DNA of 64,000 bases from an uncultured delta proteobacterium (GTDB lineage Bacteria; Desulfobacterota; Desulfobacteria; Desulfobacterales; JAFDCJ01), in assembly GCA_963769935.1 (NCBI GenBank), contig CAVYNY010000001.1, forward strand, positions 102,471 to 166,470, read 5' to 3'. Position numbers and translations under genes: made by a program. Below are positions 10,850-23,038 of the stretch, piece by piece; the stretch's first letter is position 1; each line of letters begins with the position of its first letter. Under the pieces are notes generated by a model. It was given only the letters and a program-made list of their open reading frames with translations, was not told the origin of the DNA and searched no databases.

Positions 10850-11478
10850 TTTGCGCGGATGCCGCGTCCGAATATTTCGAAGGCAAGTTCGAGCGTTTGC
10901 TTGAGGTAGTCCTTTTCCTCGTTAATCAGCCGTTTGCTTGTCAACCAGAGCACCACGCCGGAAAACAGCGCCCAGAAAGTATCGGCCATGGCAACCGGGT
11001 GGCGATCCAGGAAAAGCCCCTGTTCGACGCCGGTTTGAAAAATCAGGGCGATGGATCCCAGCGACTTGCGCGATAAATCCTTAATCTCGTTCATAAGCTG
11101 AGGGGATAGGTTTTTCAATGTTTCACTGGACTGCAAGTGAAACATATTGATGATGATCAGCGGGTCGAACTCATAGACGTCGTACATGGCGTCCATCAAG
11201 GCCTTTAATTTTTCCTGAGGACCAGTGCCTTTTTCATCATTGACATGTTCGACACGGATGAGAAGATATTGGAGGATTCTCAGAGAAAGAGAGGCATAGA
11301 GCTCTTCTTTGTTTTTAAAATACAGGTACAGGGTTCCGGGGCTGAGTTCAGCTTCCTGGGCGATATCTTCCATGGTTGCCTTAGTGAAGCCCTTGTCGGA
11401 AAAAACCCTTTTGGCGGCAACCATTATTTGCTGTCGCCGCCGCTCCTTTTCTCTTTCTTTCCGTTCTTGGATTCCCAT
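10846..11478 (-). CDS. TetR/AcrR transcriptional regulator
   Basis: GFTKATMEDIAQEAELSPGTLYLYFKNKEEL HTH. Confidence 0.95.
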   Translation of the reverse strand: MGIQERKEREKERRRQQIMVAAKRVFSDKGFTKATMEDIAQEAELSPGTLYLYFKNKEELYASLSLRILQYLLIRVEHVNDEKGTGPQEKLKALMDAMYDVYEFDPLIIINMFHLQSSETLKNLSPQLMNEIKDLSRKSLGSIALIFQTGVEQGLFLDRHPVAMADTFWALFSGVVLWLTSKRLINEEKDYLKQTLELAFEIFGRGIRAN

Positions 11479-11700
11479 TGCTCTGAAGCTCCCTGAATAA
11501 GATTTATTTTTAATATGGATTAATATTTTATCCCATTAATTTTTACAAGAGAAATATTCAGTTTCTGATTTAAACTATAATGGCATCGAAGTTTTGTACC
11601 GGAACGGTAGAGTTTGAGGGAGCAGGATGCACGGTTGGGGGAACATGGATCAGTATTCCGGGCGGGCGCTGATCAAAATCACAAATTCCAAATAACAAAT

Positions 11701-11801
11701 CCCCGGCCCAGACCGATTTAATGTCTTAGGTAATTTAGACATCCATGCCCAAGCCAGATCAAGATAAAAGTATAAACTCAGCAAGTCGCGCCAGGGCGGG
11801 C
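11701..11801 (+). mobile_element. Family B 101-bp fixed-end element, copy 2
   Basis: CCCCGGCCCAGACCG...TCGCGCCAGGGCGGGC; interrupts a CAAAT-rich tandem repeat. Confidence 0.75.
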
Positions 11802-11883
11802 TCAAACAAATTGCAATGACCAAAATACAAAATTCCAAACGGGGACTTCATTTGTTTGGGATATCGCTTCAGATAATATGAAT

Positions 11884-11986
11884 CTGGAAGATAAGACATT
11901 ATTGGAATCTCGTGCAGCTAACAGAAACAATTCCTCATAGCGCACTCTCCAAGGCGTAGGCTACGAGCCGAAGGCCAGGGCGGGCT
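11884..11986 (+). mobile_element. Family B2 103-bp dispersed repeat, copy 1
   Basis: 97/103 identical to 35738-35840 by eye; ends GCCAGGGCGGGC like family B. Confidence 0.85.
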
Positions 11987-12061
11987 GAAACCTGACACCT
12001 GAAACCTCTAATCTTCCCACTGTCATCTGTCCTCTGACCTCCGTCATCCGTCCTCTGGATG

Positions 12062-14056
12062 CTACCCGATGGCAACCTGCAGTAAATCCTTTCTGGCACT
12101 CACATGCTGAATGGTTACCTGAATGAGGTCCTCGGGTTTAAGCTCAAGACCGCTGGACAGGGGCAAGTCGCATTCAATCATGAACTCGGTGAGCAGAATC
12201 TGGTAGTTGTATCTGCGTTTATTCAGGACAATGGCCTCCTCTTTGCGGCCGATATTCTGCTCAAGGTATTTCAGGAGCCAGTAGCGGTGCCGGCTAAATT
12301 GAATCTTGGCGACATTGCCCATCGGCACTTGCAGCATCTGGATCAGTTGGTCAATTTCTTCCGCCGTGTAAGGCTGCTCTAAATCGAGCAGCGCCCTTAG
12401 CTGTCGCTGGGTAATCAGATCAAAATATTTCCGGATGGGAGAAGTTGCCGTCACGTAGGCTTCCAGCCCGAGTCCCGAATGCTTGCCCGGCCGGTGGTCC
12501 AGGACAAAACGATTTAAGTGTCTGCGCTGCATCCAATTCTGATACAGGGTTCCATCATCACCCTTGTAAAGACGCTCGCGGGGGTCCGGCTGCGATCGGA
12601 AAATTGCCGGCATACCGCTTTCAGCGAGATATTTTGCCATCAGCCAGTTGGCCAGAATCATGAGTTCTGCAACCAGCATTCGACCGGGGCTCTCCCGGTT
12701 GATTCTATTCACGGTGATGGATCGATCTTCTGCCAGCCAGACATTGATTTCAGGTACCGTAATTTGGACGGCACCGGATTCCAATCGCTGACGACGGAAT
12801 TTTTCCGCAATTTCGCGCAGAATGAGTACGTCATGGTTTTGATCAGCTGTCAGATTGACGTCATAATAGGTGAGCTGGTTTTTGACGCTGATCATACTGG
12901 GCAGGATCTCATAATCAATTATCCCCATTGAAGGGCTCAGGTTTACCATTGTACTGATGGCCGGACGCAGCTCACCGGCCTTCAGGCTGCACAATCCCTC
13001 GGCCAGGAGGGCCGGCAGCATGGATATTTTTTGGTCCGGCATATAGATGGAACTGCCGCGGGAGAGTGCTTCCCGGTCGATGCAGTCCCCTTTGTGAACA
13101 AAACGACCGACATCAATGATGTGAATGCCGAGTCGATATTGCTCGCCCACCTTCTCGATGCTGAGGGCATCATCGAAATCCAGCGTAGATTGCCCGTCGA
13201 TCGTCATCAGAGACAGTGAAGTCAGATCATGGCGCACCGCATCCCTATCGCAGGCGGAATGGGAAGCGGCAGTTTTTTGCACGCTGTTCTGGATCTCATC
13301 CGGAAAGTCGGTTGAAATCTCCAGTCGCAGCAGATCCAGATTCTCGTTGTCGTCAAAAACATTCAGTTTGACCAGCAGCGGAAACAGCCCGGTTGCCCGC
13401 TCTAATCCTGCCTTGCTGATCATCGCCTTGGCCAAGGCTTCGTGCGGGCTCTCATTTTCAAACAGATAAAAGGATCTGAGAGCCTCAACAAATATTTGAA
13501 TGTCTTGCTCGTTCACATCGGCCGGCGGGGCGGCCTCGGTGAGCAGACATTTCATCCATTCCGCTCCGCGTTCGATAATCTGGCTGCGGCGCGCTTCCTC
13601 CTCCCGCTGGGCATGCAGCCGCTCTACCTGTTGGACTGAATTGGGAAAAAAACGATCCAAGTTGAATTTAAAATACAGCCTGTCATCAAAAAACGCCCGT
13701 AAAACCGCCGACTCATGATCTGCGCCGGGATTATCGGGAAAACAAAACTCGGTCATGGTCTCCAGATCGATCCACACCTGCTCCGTATTCAAAACTTCCC
13801 ACAGGTCCTTTATATCGACCTCGTTGAGTAAAGCTTTGCGTTTGTTGGCAACCTCCTTGAGGGCATCGACAATTTTATCCCGGCCCATGGAGATATTCAG
13901 ACGTGCATCATCCTTGTGCAGGAGCCGCCCCGGCGAAAGTTTGACCTCGCGATTATTTTCGGTCAACAATCGCAATCGATGGTTCTTGACTTCCAAAACG
14001 ACTGCACACAGGATTCTCTGACGATCGATGTATTCAACTATACTTCCTGATTCCAT
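12062..14056 (-). CDS. RNB-domain exoribonuclease (RNase II/R family)
   Basis: TIDGQSTLDFDDALS, ELMILAN and TSPIRKYFDL motifs. Confidence 0.9.
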   Translation of the reverse strand: MESGSIVEYIDRQRILCAVVLEVKNHRLRLLTENNREVKLSPGRLLHKDDARLNISMGRDKIVDALKEVANKRKALLNEVDIKDLWEVLNTEQVWIDLETMTEFCFPDNPGADHESAVLRAFFDDRLYFKFNLDRFFPNSVQQVERLHAQREEEARRSQIIERGAEWMKCLLTEAAPPADVNEQDIQIFVEALRSFYLFENESPHEALAKAMISKAGLERATGLFPLLVKLNVFDDNENLDLLRLEISTDFPDEIQNSVQKTAASHSACDRDAVRHDLTSLSLMTIDGQSTLDFDDALSIEKVGEQYRLGIHIIDVGRFVHKGDCIDREALSRGSSIYMPDQKISMLPALLAEGLCSLKAGELRPAISTMVNLSPSMGIIDYEILPSMISVKNQLTYYDVNLTADQNHDVLILREIAEKFRRQRLESGAVQITVPEINVWLAEDRSITVNRINRESPGRMLVAELMILANWLMAKYLAESGMPAIFRSQPDPRERLYKGDDGTLYQNWMQRRHLNRFVLDHRPGKHSGLGLEAYVTATSPIRKYFDLITQRQLRALLDLEQPYTAEEIDQLIQMLQVPMGNVAKIQFSRHRYWLLKYLEQNIGRKEEAIVLNKRRYNYQILLTEFMIECDLPLSSGLELKPEDLIQVTIQHVSARKDLLQVAIG

Positions 14057-14279
14057 ATGGATTACAATAACAACCGGCCCGGATAAAGTCAATGATTCCA
14101 AATCGGTTGCCGGAATCCAGTTTTTGGATGCTGGATACTGGATGCTCGATGCTGGGCTGGGTAGTTGAAGAAGAAATACTCAAGGCGCAGCGCGTTCGAT
14201 TTGCCCCCTGCCCTTTGCCCTCTGCCTTGTCCCCAAAATAGCTTGCAGATATATTTTACTGCGCTTATATTAAATAATT

Positions 14280-16053
14280 ATGCCCGAATACCAGCAATCA
14301 GCAGTATCCCTCATAAAACCTTATTTTGTTGAAAACCGTTTGAAGATTCTCACCGGACTGCTCAGCCTGATCATCGTTGATGTGCTCCAGCTCATTATTC
14401 CCCGCATTATAAAATGGGCGGTCGACGATCTGACGGGCTTCAGGATCGATGTCTGGCGTCTGCTGTCTTATGCCCTTTACATGGTAGGGCTCGCCCTTTT
14501 TATCGGTGCCTTCCGCTATGTCTGGCGGCGCTGTCTCCTGGGAACTTCAAGAAGAATCGAAGAGGGGTTGCGCAACGCGCTTTTCGCCCATCTGCAGAAC
14601 TTGCCGGCATGCTATTTCGATGGCGTCCGAACCGGTGACCTGATGGCCCACGCCACCAATGATATCCAACAGATCCGGATGGCGGCCGGCATGGGAATGG
14701 TGGCTTTAAACGACGCCATCGTTCTGGGAACGGCTGCCATCGGCTTCATGGCTTATATCAATATCAAACTGACAGCCTTTGTCCTGATCCCCATGCCGCT
14801 GATCGTCGTCAGTACCCGTTTTTTCAGCAAAAAAATGCACCGCCGGTATCAGGCGGTTCAAGCCGCTTTTTCCGAACTCACCGAAGTAATCCGGGAGCGC
14901 TTTGCCGGTATCCGCATCATCAAAGCCCATCACCGTAAAAAAGAAGAAGCGATCCGGGTGGAATCCGTCTCCAAAGATTACATTAACGAAAATATCCGCC
15001 TGGTGAAAATTACCGGTATTTTTTTCCCGTTGACGGTGCTGTTTTCAAATTTAAGCCTGGCCATTGTGCTTTACCTCGGCGGCCGCCAAACCATTATGCA
15101 GATCATTACGCCGGGGGATTTTGTCGCGTTTATCAGCTATCTGGGGTTGCTGACCTGGCCCATGATGGCGCTGGGGTGGGTGACGAACCTCATTCAGCGG
15201 GGACGGGCGTCTTTGGACCGTATCGACAAAATTCTGCAAACTGTGCCCGCCGTCAGGGACCGCCAAGACGCCCTAGGCCTCGACCGCACGGACGGCCATA
15301 TCATTTTTGAAAATGTTTTCTTTAACTACGATACCGCACAGAATTCCGCCATGCCGCCGACCCTCAGGGCAATTGATTTGTCCATCGAACCGGGTAAGGT
15401 GCTGGGTATCGTCGGTCCACCCGGCAGCGGCAAATCGACGCTCATCAGCCTCATTCCGAGACTCTATGACGTCCAACGGGGCAGGATCCTGCTCGACGGA
15501 AATGATATTCGGGACCTGAAAATAAAGGATTTAAGATCGCAAATTGCCTATATTCCCCAGGAACCGTTTCTGTTTGCCGGAACCATCCGGGAGAACATTG
15601 CCTTCACCAACGGGCAGCCGGCCGATGAGCGGCTTGAACAGGTCTGTCCGCGCTGCGGCCCTGTATGATACAATCAATCAGTTCCCGGCCGGTTTTGATA
15701 CCGTCGTCGGAGAAAGAGGGATTGTTCTCTCCGGCGGCCAAAAACAGCGCATCGCCCTGGCGCGTTGTCTGCTGAAAGATGCCGGCATCCTGATACTGGA
15801 TGATCCCATCAGCCAGGTTGATCTGGAAACCGGAACCGCCATCATCCGGAACATCCGAAAAATGGCGGGACAAAAAACCATTATCATTGTCTCCCACCGG
15901 CTTTCCGCCGTCAGTTATGCCGACCGCATCATCTCTCTCGATCTGGGCCGCATCGTGGAATCAGGCACCCACCGGCAGTTAATGGCAGCGAACAATTATT
16001 ATGCCAAAACGTTCGACCTGCAGGAAATAGAAGAGGAATGGGATGCAGCCTGA
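14280..16053 (+). CDS. ABC exporter subunit A (TMD+NBD), frameshifted near 15645
   Basis: Walker A GPPGSGKS in one frame; LSGGQKQR and ILILDD in another. Confidence 0.85.
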
Positions 16054-18067
16054 CTACGGATACTTTGAGGAAACCAAGCTGGGGAAAACCTACGATCTAG
16101 GGCTGCTGAAACGGCTGCATCCCTTTATCCGGCCTTACCGGCTGCTGCTGACGGCCTCCATCGGTTTGGTGCTGATGATTACCTTCCTGGATCTCGCCCT
16201 GCCCTACGTCACCAAGATAGCCATTGACCGTTACATCATACCGCTGACGGCCTCGGCGACGAACAATAAAAAATCCGGCCGGGAATTGGCGAACAGGATG
16301 TTCCGGGTGGATTTAGCCGATCCGCAGCAGCAGGCACTGGTGGACAAGTACCGGAGCCTGTTCAAAATAGAAGGCCGGACGGCAACGATCGCTTACACCG
16401 CACTCTCCCGGATGCAAAAATCGGATCTGGCTTTGCTGCGCCGCCATGATTTAACCGGGCTCGGTATTCTTGCGACGGCTTTTTTGGCTCTGGTAGTCAT
16501 AAATTTCATTTTGAATTTCGTCCAGAGCATGATCATGGAATATACGGGCCATATGATCATGCATGATCTGCGCATGCGGCTGTATACCCATATTCAGGAT
16601 CTGGCCACCTCTTTTTTCACCCGCAACCCGGTGGGCCGGCTGGTCACCCGGATGACCAATGACGTCCAGAATATGCACGAGCTTTTTACTTCGGTGCTTT
16701 CCATGATCTTCAAAGATCTTTTTTTGCTTGGCGGCATCGCCGTCGTCTTGCTGGTTTTAAACTGGAACCTGGCGCTGGTATCCTTTACTGTTCTGCCGCT
16801 GGTTTTGTATGCCGCGTTGAATTTTTCCAGGCGTGCCCGAGATATTTTCCGTGATCTGCGCATCCAGGTGGCCGAAATCAACACCCGGTTTGCGGAAACC
16901 ATCGGCGGCATCCGGGTGATCCAATTATTTCTCCAGGAAATCGACAATTACCGCAAATTTGAAAATCTGAACCACACCAACTACCTGACCGGTATGAGGC
17001 AAATTCACGTGCTGGCTGTATTTATGCCGCTGATTGAGGTGCTGGCGGTGGTGGCGGTGGCTCTGGTAATATTTTACGGCGGCGGACGGGTAATCAGCGG
17101 CACGCTGAGCCTGGGAGGCCTCGTGGCGTTTTTATCCTATATCAGAATGTTTTTCAGACCCATCCGGGATATGGCGGAGAAGTACAACATTCTGCAAAAT
17201 GCCATGGCATCGGCGGAACGAATTTTTTTAATACTGGACAGCCGGGAGCGCCTTCCCCGCCCCTCTGGCCGCAAAGCTGAAGACTCCGCCAACCTGCCGC
17301 AAATTAAAGAAATACGCTTTGAAAATGTGTCCTTCAGCTACACCGGCGGAGAAAGAGTCCTGCGCGACATAACATTCAGTATCCGGGCCGGTGAAACCGT
17401 CGCCGTGGTTGGACCCACCGGCGGCGGTAAAACAACACTGATCAATCTGCTGCCCCGCTTTTATGATCCCACATCCGGCCGGGTGCTGATCAACAATCGG
17501 GATATCGGCAGCTTCGATCCTGCCGTTTTTCGATCTAAAATGGCGCTGGTCATGCAGGATCCTTTTTTATTTTCCGGTACCATTCGGGAGAACATATTTC
17601 AGGGCAACCATGCCCGCAGCCCGGAACAGGAGGAATCCGTCATTGAAGCCGCCAACTGCAAACCCCTGATAGACCGCTTACCGCAGGGCCTGGATACGGT
17701 TCTGACGGAAGGCGGTGCCTCCCTGTCAAGCGGTGAGCGTCAGCTCGTCTCCATTGCCAGAGCCTTTGCCAGAAATCCGCAGCTCATCCTTTTTGATGAG
17801 GCCACGTCTTATATCGATTCCCCGACCGAACTGCGCATCCAGCTGGCGTTGGAAAAACTGATGAAACACAGGACCTCTCTGGTAATTGCCCACCGCTTGT
17901 CGACCATACGCCATGCGGATCGCATTCTTGTGTTGAACCGCGGCCGGATCATCGAAACCGGCACCCATGAAGAGCTGATGAATCAAAAGGGTTTCTATTT
18001 CAAATTGTATCAACTGCAAAATGGAATTTGCTTGCCAAAAGCGGATCTAAATGATAGGAGCCTATAA
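16043..18067 (+). CDS. ABC exporter subunit B (TMD+NBD), heterodimer partner
   Basis: GPTGGGKT, LSSGERQ, FDEATS and IAHRLST motifs. Confidence 0.92.
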   Translation: MQPDYGYFEETKLGKTYDLGLLKRLHPFIRPYRLLLTASIGLVLMITFLDLALPYVTKIAIDRYIIPLTASATNNKKSGRELANRMFRVDLADPQQQALVDKYRSLFKIEGRTATIAYTALSRMQKSDLALLRRHDLTGLGILATAFLALVVINFILNFVQSMIMEYTGHMIMHDLRMRLYTHIQDLATSFFTRNPVGRLVTRMTNDVQNMHELFTSVLSMIFKDLFLLGGIAVVLLVLNWNLALVSFTVLPLVLYAALNFSRRARDIFRDLRIQVAEINTRFAETIGGIRVIQLFLQEIDNYRKFENLNHTNYLTGMRQIHVLAVFMPLIEVLAVVAVALVIFYGGGRVISGTLSLGGLVAFLSYIRMFFRPIRDMAEKYNILQNAMASAERIFLILDSRERLPRPSGRKAEDSANLPQIKEIRFENVSFSYTGGERVLRDITFSIRAGETVAVVGPTGGGKTTLINLLPRFYDPTSGRVLINNRDIGSFDPAVFRSKMALVMQDPFLFSGTIRENIFQGNHARSPEQEESVIEAANCKPLIDRLPQGLDTVLTEGGASLSSGERQLVSIARAFARNPQLILFDEATSYIDSPTELRIQLALEKLMKHRTSLVIAHRLSTIRHADRILVLNRGRIIETGTHEELMNQKGFYFKLYQLQNGICLPKADLNDRSL

Positions 18068-18197
18068 CTTGACATCCTGTCAGGCATTGATTTCACCGAT
18101 TTGGCCGGTCAGAATCACGTGGGCTCAACCAGCATTGGCTAACAGAACAACGCAATAATCTGACATTCACTAATCAATTTAAAAGGAGGATTCGACT

Positions 18198-19961
18198 ATG
18201 CCTTATGATGCAGTAAAGATGGCGGACTGGCAAATTTCCGAAGCCGCTGAGAAGAACATGCCGGCTCCCGACGAATGGCGCGATAAACTGGGATTGGAAA
18301 AAGATGAAATACTTCCCATGGGTCGTCTGGCCAAATTGGATTTCCTGAAGATCATCAACCGCCTGCAGGACAAACCCGACGGAAAATACATCGAGGTAAC
18401 CGCAATCACCCCGACCCCGCTGGGAGAAGGCAAAAGCACAACCTCCTGCGGATTAATGGAAGGTCTCGGCAAACGCGGTGTGAAAGTCGGCGGTGCCCTC
18501 CGGCAGCCGTCCGGCGGCCCTACGATGAATGTGAAGGGAACGGCGGCCGGCGGCGGCAATTCACTGCTGATTCCCATGACCGAATTCTCGCTGGGCTTAA
18601 CCGGCGATATAAATGATATCATGAACGCCCACAACCTGGCGATGGTGGCGTTGACCGCACGTATGCAGCACGAGCGCAACTACACCGATGAACAGCTGCA
18701 GCGGCTGACCGGCATGCGGCGCCTCGATATCGATCCGACCCGCGTTGAGCTGGGCTGGATTATGGATTTTTGCGCCCAGGCGCTGAGAAATATTGTCATC
18801 GGCCTCGGCGGCCGTATGGACGGGTATACCATGCAATCCAGGTTCGGTATTGCCGTGGGATCCGAATGTATGGCGATTCTGGCGGTTATCCGGGACCTGG
18901 CTGATCTCAAAGAGCGGCTCAACAACATCACCGTGGCTTTCGACAAAAGCGGCAAACCCGTCACCACGGGCGATCTGGAAGTCGGCAACGCCATGACCGC
19001 CTTTATGCGCAATACCATCAACCCCACCATGATGTGTACGGCGGAATACAACCCCTGCATGGTGCACGCCGGTCCGTTTGCCAACATCGCCGTGGGGCAG
19101 TCTTCCATCATCGCCGACCGCGTCGGCCTGAAGCTGTTCGACTACCATGTCACCGAATCCGGTTTTGCCGCCGACATCGGTTTTGAAAAATTCTGGAATG
19201 TCAAATGCCGTTTCAGCGGCCTCAAACCCCACGTATCGGTGCTGACCTCTACGGTGCGCGCCCTCAAGATGCATGGCGGCGGTCCCAAAGTCGTGGCCGG
19301 CATCGCTCTGCCCGACGCCTACACCAAGGAAAACCTGAAACTGGTGGAAAAGGGCTGCGAAAACATGGTTCACATGATCGGCGTGATCCGCAAGGCGGGC
19401 ATTAACCCGGTGGTTTGCATCAACCGCTTCTATACCGATACGGATGCCGAAGTGGCGCTCGTGAAGAAAGCGGCTGAAGCGGCCGGCGCCCGCTGTGCCG
19501 AGTCCAACCACTGGCTCAAGGGCGGTGATGGGGCTCTGGAATTTGCCGATGCCGTCATTGATGCCTGCAACGAGAAAAACGACTTCAAATTCCTCTACCC
19601 CTTGGAAATGAAGCTGCGCGACCGCGTGGCCCTGATCGCCAGGGAAGTCTACGGCGCCGACGGCGTGTCCTGGACTCCCGAGGCGGAAGCCAAGGCCAAA
19701 ATGCTTGAGAGCGATCCCAAGTATGCCGACTTTGCCACCATGATGGTTAAAACGCATCTGAGTCTGACCCATGATCCGACCCTCAAGGGTGTGCCCAAGG
19801 ACTGGACCCTGCCGATTCGCGACGTGCTGATTTACTCCGGCGCCAAGTTCCTGTGCCCCTGCGCCGGTGCCATCAGCCTGATGCCCGGCACCGGATCCAA
19901 CCCGGCCTTCAGGCGGGTGGATGTGGATGTGGAAACCGGGAAAGTTTCCGGGTTATTTTAA
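18198..19961 (+). CDS. fhs: Formate--tetrahydrofolate ligase
   Basis: [23 protein letters not shown] and [14 protein letters not shown] motifs; AGGAGG RBS. Confidence 0.96.
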   Translation: MPYDAVKMADWQISEAAEKNMPAPDEWRDKLGLEKDEILPMGRLAKLDFLKIINRLQDKPDGKYIEVTAITPTPLGEGKSTTSCGLMEGLGKRGVKVGGALRQPSGGPTMNVKGTAAGGGNSLLIPMTEFSLGLTGDINDIMNAHNLAMVALTARMQHERNYTDEQLQRLTGMRRLDIDPTRVELGWIMDFCAQALRNIVIGLGGRMDGYTMQSRFGIAVGSECMAILAVIRDLADLKERLNNITVAFDKSGKPVTTGDLEVGNAMTAFMRNTINPTMMCTAEYNPCMVHAGPFANIAVGQSSIIADRVGLKLFDYHVTESGFAADIGFEKFWNVKCRFSGLKPHVSVLTSTVRALKMHGGGPKVVAGIALPDAYTKENLKLVEKGCENMVHMIGVIRKAGINPVVCINRFYTDTDAEVALVKKAAEAAGARCAESNHWLKGGDGALEFADAVIDACNEKNDFKFLYPLEMKLRDRVALIAREVYGADGVSWTPEAEAKAKMLESDPKYADFATMMVKTHLSLTHDPTLKGVPKDWTLPIRDVLIYSGAKFLCPCAGAISLMPGTGSNPAFRRVDVDVETGKVSGLF

Positions 19962-19984
19962 TAATTACAGGCGTTAAAAAAGAA

Positions 19985-20020
19985 GGGGGCCGGATGATTT
20001 GACCGGTCCCCATTTTTATT
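19985..20020 (+). terminator. Intrinsic terminator after fhs
   Basis: GGGGCCGG/CCGGTCCC stem followed by a T-rich tract. Confidence 0.7.
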
Positions 20021-20027
20021 ATTAATT

Positions 20028-20244
20028 CACAAATTCCAAGCACCAAATTACAAATAAATTCCAAATTCAAATAAACAATGACCAAAACAGCTCCGGTTTT
20101 TTAGTAGAATGTAGTTCATGCAAGAAGGCTCAGCGATTAATCTAAATTGGAGAACGCTTATTTTAAGATTTTAGGCCTGTTTGGAATTTTGAATTTCGGT
20201 CATTGGATTTTATTTGTGATTTGGTGCTTGTGATTTGGAATTTG
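20028..20244. repeat. Palindromic element with CAAATTC/GAATTTG-type heptamer arms and unique core
   Basis: CAAATTCCAAGCACCAAATTAC... mirrored by ...GTGATTTGGTGCTTGTGATTTGGAATTTG. Confidence 0.8.
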
Positions 20245-20278
20245 AAGCTCTGTGGTTCGGTGTAAATTATACGATATT

Positions 20279-21868
20279 ATGCGTGTTCTCCTGATAAATC
20301 CCTTCTATCCCATTTCCGAAACCCCTTCCCCTCCCCTGGGCCTGGCCTATCTGGCGGCGGCGTTGTCTGAAGCGGGCATTGAGGTTAAGGTTCTGGACCT
20401 GGTTGTATTTCCATACAGCCAATCCCTGCTGCAAAATGTGTTGGAGCAATTCCAACCCCGGATTGCCGGTCTGACCGCGGTCAGTATGACCTTTAATTTT
20501 GCCATTGACGTCATCAGGGACATCAAACATCTTTGTCCGGATATTCTAACGGTTATGGGTGGGCCGCATGTATCATTTTGCGCGCAGGAAACCATGCTGC
20601 AATTTCCCGATCTGGATTTTGTTGTGCTGGGCGAAGGGGAGCAAACCGTAGTCGAATTGGCCCGGGCCATCGACAACGGCCGCCGCTGGGAAGGGGTAAA
20701 GGGAATTGCCTATCGAAGCGGCGCTGACATTCACTGCACCCCCGCGCGCGAGCTGATTGCCGATCTGGACACGCTGCCGGTCCCGGCTCGTAATCTGCTG
20801 CCGCTGGGACGTTATCGAGCGCTTGGAATGCCCGTCAGCCTGACCACCAGCCGCGGCTGCCCGTTTAAATGCATATTTTGCATCGGACGCAAAATGGTGG
20901 GCTCCCGGGTTCGCTACCGCAGCCCCGGCAAGGTCGTTGATGAAATGGAATATCTGAGCGGACTGCATTTCCATCAGATCAATATCGCCGACGATCTGTT
21001 TACCGCCAATAAAAGCCACTGTCTGGGTGTGTGCGATGAAATTATCAAACGGCGCCTGAAGCTCACCTGGACATCTTTTGCGCGGGTCGATACCGTATCG
21101 GAAGAAATTTTGACGCGCATGCAAGCGGCCGGGTGCAGCGCGGTCAGCTTCGGGGTCGAGTCGGGCAATCCGCAAATTCTTAAAACCATAAAAAAAGGCA
21201 TTACGCGCGAGCAGGTTGTGGCTGCGGTAAACATGTGCCGCCGCGCCGGCATTACACCGTTTGCTTCCTTTATCCTTGGCCTGCCGGGTGAAACGCCCCA
21301 AACCATTCAAGAAACCCTGGACTTCGGCGAACAGCTGAAAAATCTGGGGTTGTCATTCGGGTTTCACCTGCTGGCCCCCTTCCCCGGGACGGAGATTCGT
21401 ACCGACCGCCATCGATATGGTATTAAAATCCTAACCGATGACTGGTCGCAATACCACGCCAACCGGGCCATTGTAGAAACAGCGTCGGTCGATCGCCAAA
21501 TGCTGGATCAAATTGTGATCACCTGGGAAAATGAATTCAATCAACTGCTGGCGGATATCAAGCAGCGCATGCAAAAAGCCGAAGCCTCGGCCGAGGAAGC
21601 ACATCAGTTGATCAATCTGGAGCGCATCGTCCTGGTCTACGACCTGATGATGAAAAACGCTATTGAACAAAAAGGCGATTGGCCCAATGACGGCCGTCCG
21701 ATGAAACCCGAAGACAACCTCAGAACTCTCTGTGACAGAATCGGCTCCATGGTCCCTGCGGACCCGCAATCGCTGCAGGACACCCTGGAGCATGCCCTGC
21801 AGAAAGGCAATTTAAAATGTTCCGAGGTAAATGGAAAGATTCGGTGGCAGTGGGTGGACTATATTTGA
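20279..21868 (+). CDS. B12-binding radical SAM protein
   Basis: PPLGLAYLAA, GGPH, SRGCPFKCIFC and GVESG motifs. Confidence 0.92.
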   Translation: MRVLLINPFYPISETPSPPLGLAYLAAALSEAGIEVKVLDLVVFPYSQSLLQNVLEQFQPRIAGLTAVSMTFNFAIDVIRDIKHLCPDILTVMGGPHVSFCAQETMLQFPDLDFVVLGEGEQTVVELARAIDNGRRWEGVKGIAYRSGADIHCTPARELIADLDTLPVPARNLLPLGRYRALGMPVSLTTSRGCPFKCIFCIGRKMVGSRVRYRSPGKVVDEMEYLSGLHFHQINIADDLFTANKSHCLGVCDEIIKRRLKLTWTSFARVDTVSEEILTRMQAAGCSAVSFGVESGNPQILKTIKKGITREQVVAAVNMCRRAGITPFASFILGLPGETPQTIQETLDFGEQLKNLGLSFGFHLLAPFPGTEIRTDRHRYGIKILTDDWSQYHANRAIVETASVDRQMLDQIVITWENEFNQLLADIKQRMQKAEASAEEAHQLINLERIVLVYDLMMKNAIEQKGDWPNDGRPMKPEDNLRTLCDRIGSMVPADPQSLQDTLEHALQKGNLKCSEVNGKIRWQWVDYI

Positions 21869-22035
21869 ATGAATATTGAAGATTGAAAATTGAATAATTA
21901 AGCCGCTGATATTCTTATTTTGCAAGGTGGAGTAGCTGAGGAATTCTGTCTTTTATAGTTTTGTATTTACCTTTTCCCATTTAGGTGGAAAATATAAAAC
22001 AGATAGGATGCCACAAATATTCAAGCTTCAATTCA
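21867..22035 (+). repeat. Family C palindromic element with ATTGAAG/TTCAAT arms
   Basis: Core GGAATTCTGTC...ATGCCACAAATATTCAA, shared with 37346 in reverse. Confidence 0.75.
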
Positions 22036-22873
22036 AAGTGTCGACCAGTTTGGTGACGCCCAGCTGAGTCTCTTCCGCCAGAATTTCAAGATCAGAAGGG
22101 TTGAATCCTAAACGTTCGGCTACCGGATTCGAGACGATTTCGCCAGTGCCGTTGTGGTCATTGCCGTAACCGGACATCAGGCCCAGAATATTGGCGACAT
22201 GCACGATATCGCTGAAAGTGCAGTGATTTTCGCATTTTTCCGGGTCATGATGCCAGCTGACCGCATTGACAAGATCCGAGGGAAAGGACCATTGTTCCAG
22301 AATATGGGCGCCTATTTGGGCATGGTCGATCCCAAGAACAATAAATTCGGCCACCTCAAAGGCGATGCCTTTAGCGACCATTTCCTCGATTTGGCGCAAA
22401 TCCTCCTGCACAAAGCCGCCCAGAATCAGTTTGCCGATATCATGCAAAAGGGCCGCGGTGAACACTTCATCTGCGCCGGGTATTTTCAAAGCATTCACCA
22501 CCAGCTCGGCGGCTACGGATACCGCCACCGAGTGCCGCCAGAGCTCTCCGTGCGGTAAATCATAACCGGGCAAGGGCTTTTTCATGACGGTACTCATACA
22601 CATGGTCATCACCAGCTGAAGCAGGCGTTTCCACCCCAGCAGGATGAGGGCCTGCTTTACCGAGCTCACCTTGGAAGGGATTCCGAAATAAGCCGAATTC
22701 GTCAGTTTGAGTATATTGGCGGTCAGCCCCGGATCATATTTTAAAATTTCTTCAATTTGAGCGGCTGATGATTCCGAGTTCTTCAGCATTTTGAGCAGTT
22801 TTGCCGACGTGGCCGGCATTCCCGGAAATGCCTTGACCTGAGCCATAATACGCTTAAGTTTTTCCTGTTTCAC
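22028..22873 (-). CDS. HDOD-domain protein
   Basis: DPGLTANILKLTNSAYFG, WRHS, ALLHDIGK and WHHDP motifs. Confidence 0.92.
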   Translation of the reverse strand: MKQEKLKRIMAQVKAFPGMPATSAKLLKMLKNSESSAAQIEEILKYDPGLTANILKLTNSAYFGIPSKVSSVKQALILLGWKRLLQLVMTMCMSTVMKKPLPGYDLPHGELWRHSVAVSVAAELVVNALKIPGADEVFTAALLHDIGKLILGGFVQEDLRQIEEMVAKGIAFEVAEFIVLGIDHAQIGAHILEQWSFPSDLVNAVSWHHDPEKCENHCTFSDIVHVANILGLMSGYGNDHNGTGEIVSNPVAERLGFNPSDLEILAEETQLGVTKLVDTLN

Positions 22874-23038
22874 GTTTGCCGTTTCTCCTGTTCGGGGCGC
22901 ACGTTTTCAGTTTCCAAACCGTCGCCTGCTTAAAGTTTCCAGGGCGGTCAATGATGAGACCGATATTAAACTATATCGGACGGACGGTTTAAAAACTTAA
23001 GCGACAATCATCATGGGGCTTTATTGGGAAAAGCAGAA

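Noticed and set aside
18068..18197. ZTP or THF riboswitch upstream of fhs
   Set aside because: Consensus motifs not recognisable by eye; an Infernal/Rfam scan would decide.
18597..19772. Long antisense ORFs opposite fhs and other genes
   Set aside because: Shadow frames of GC-biased coding strands with no recognisable motifs.
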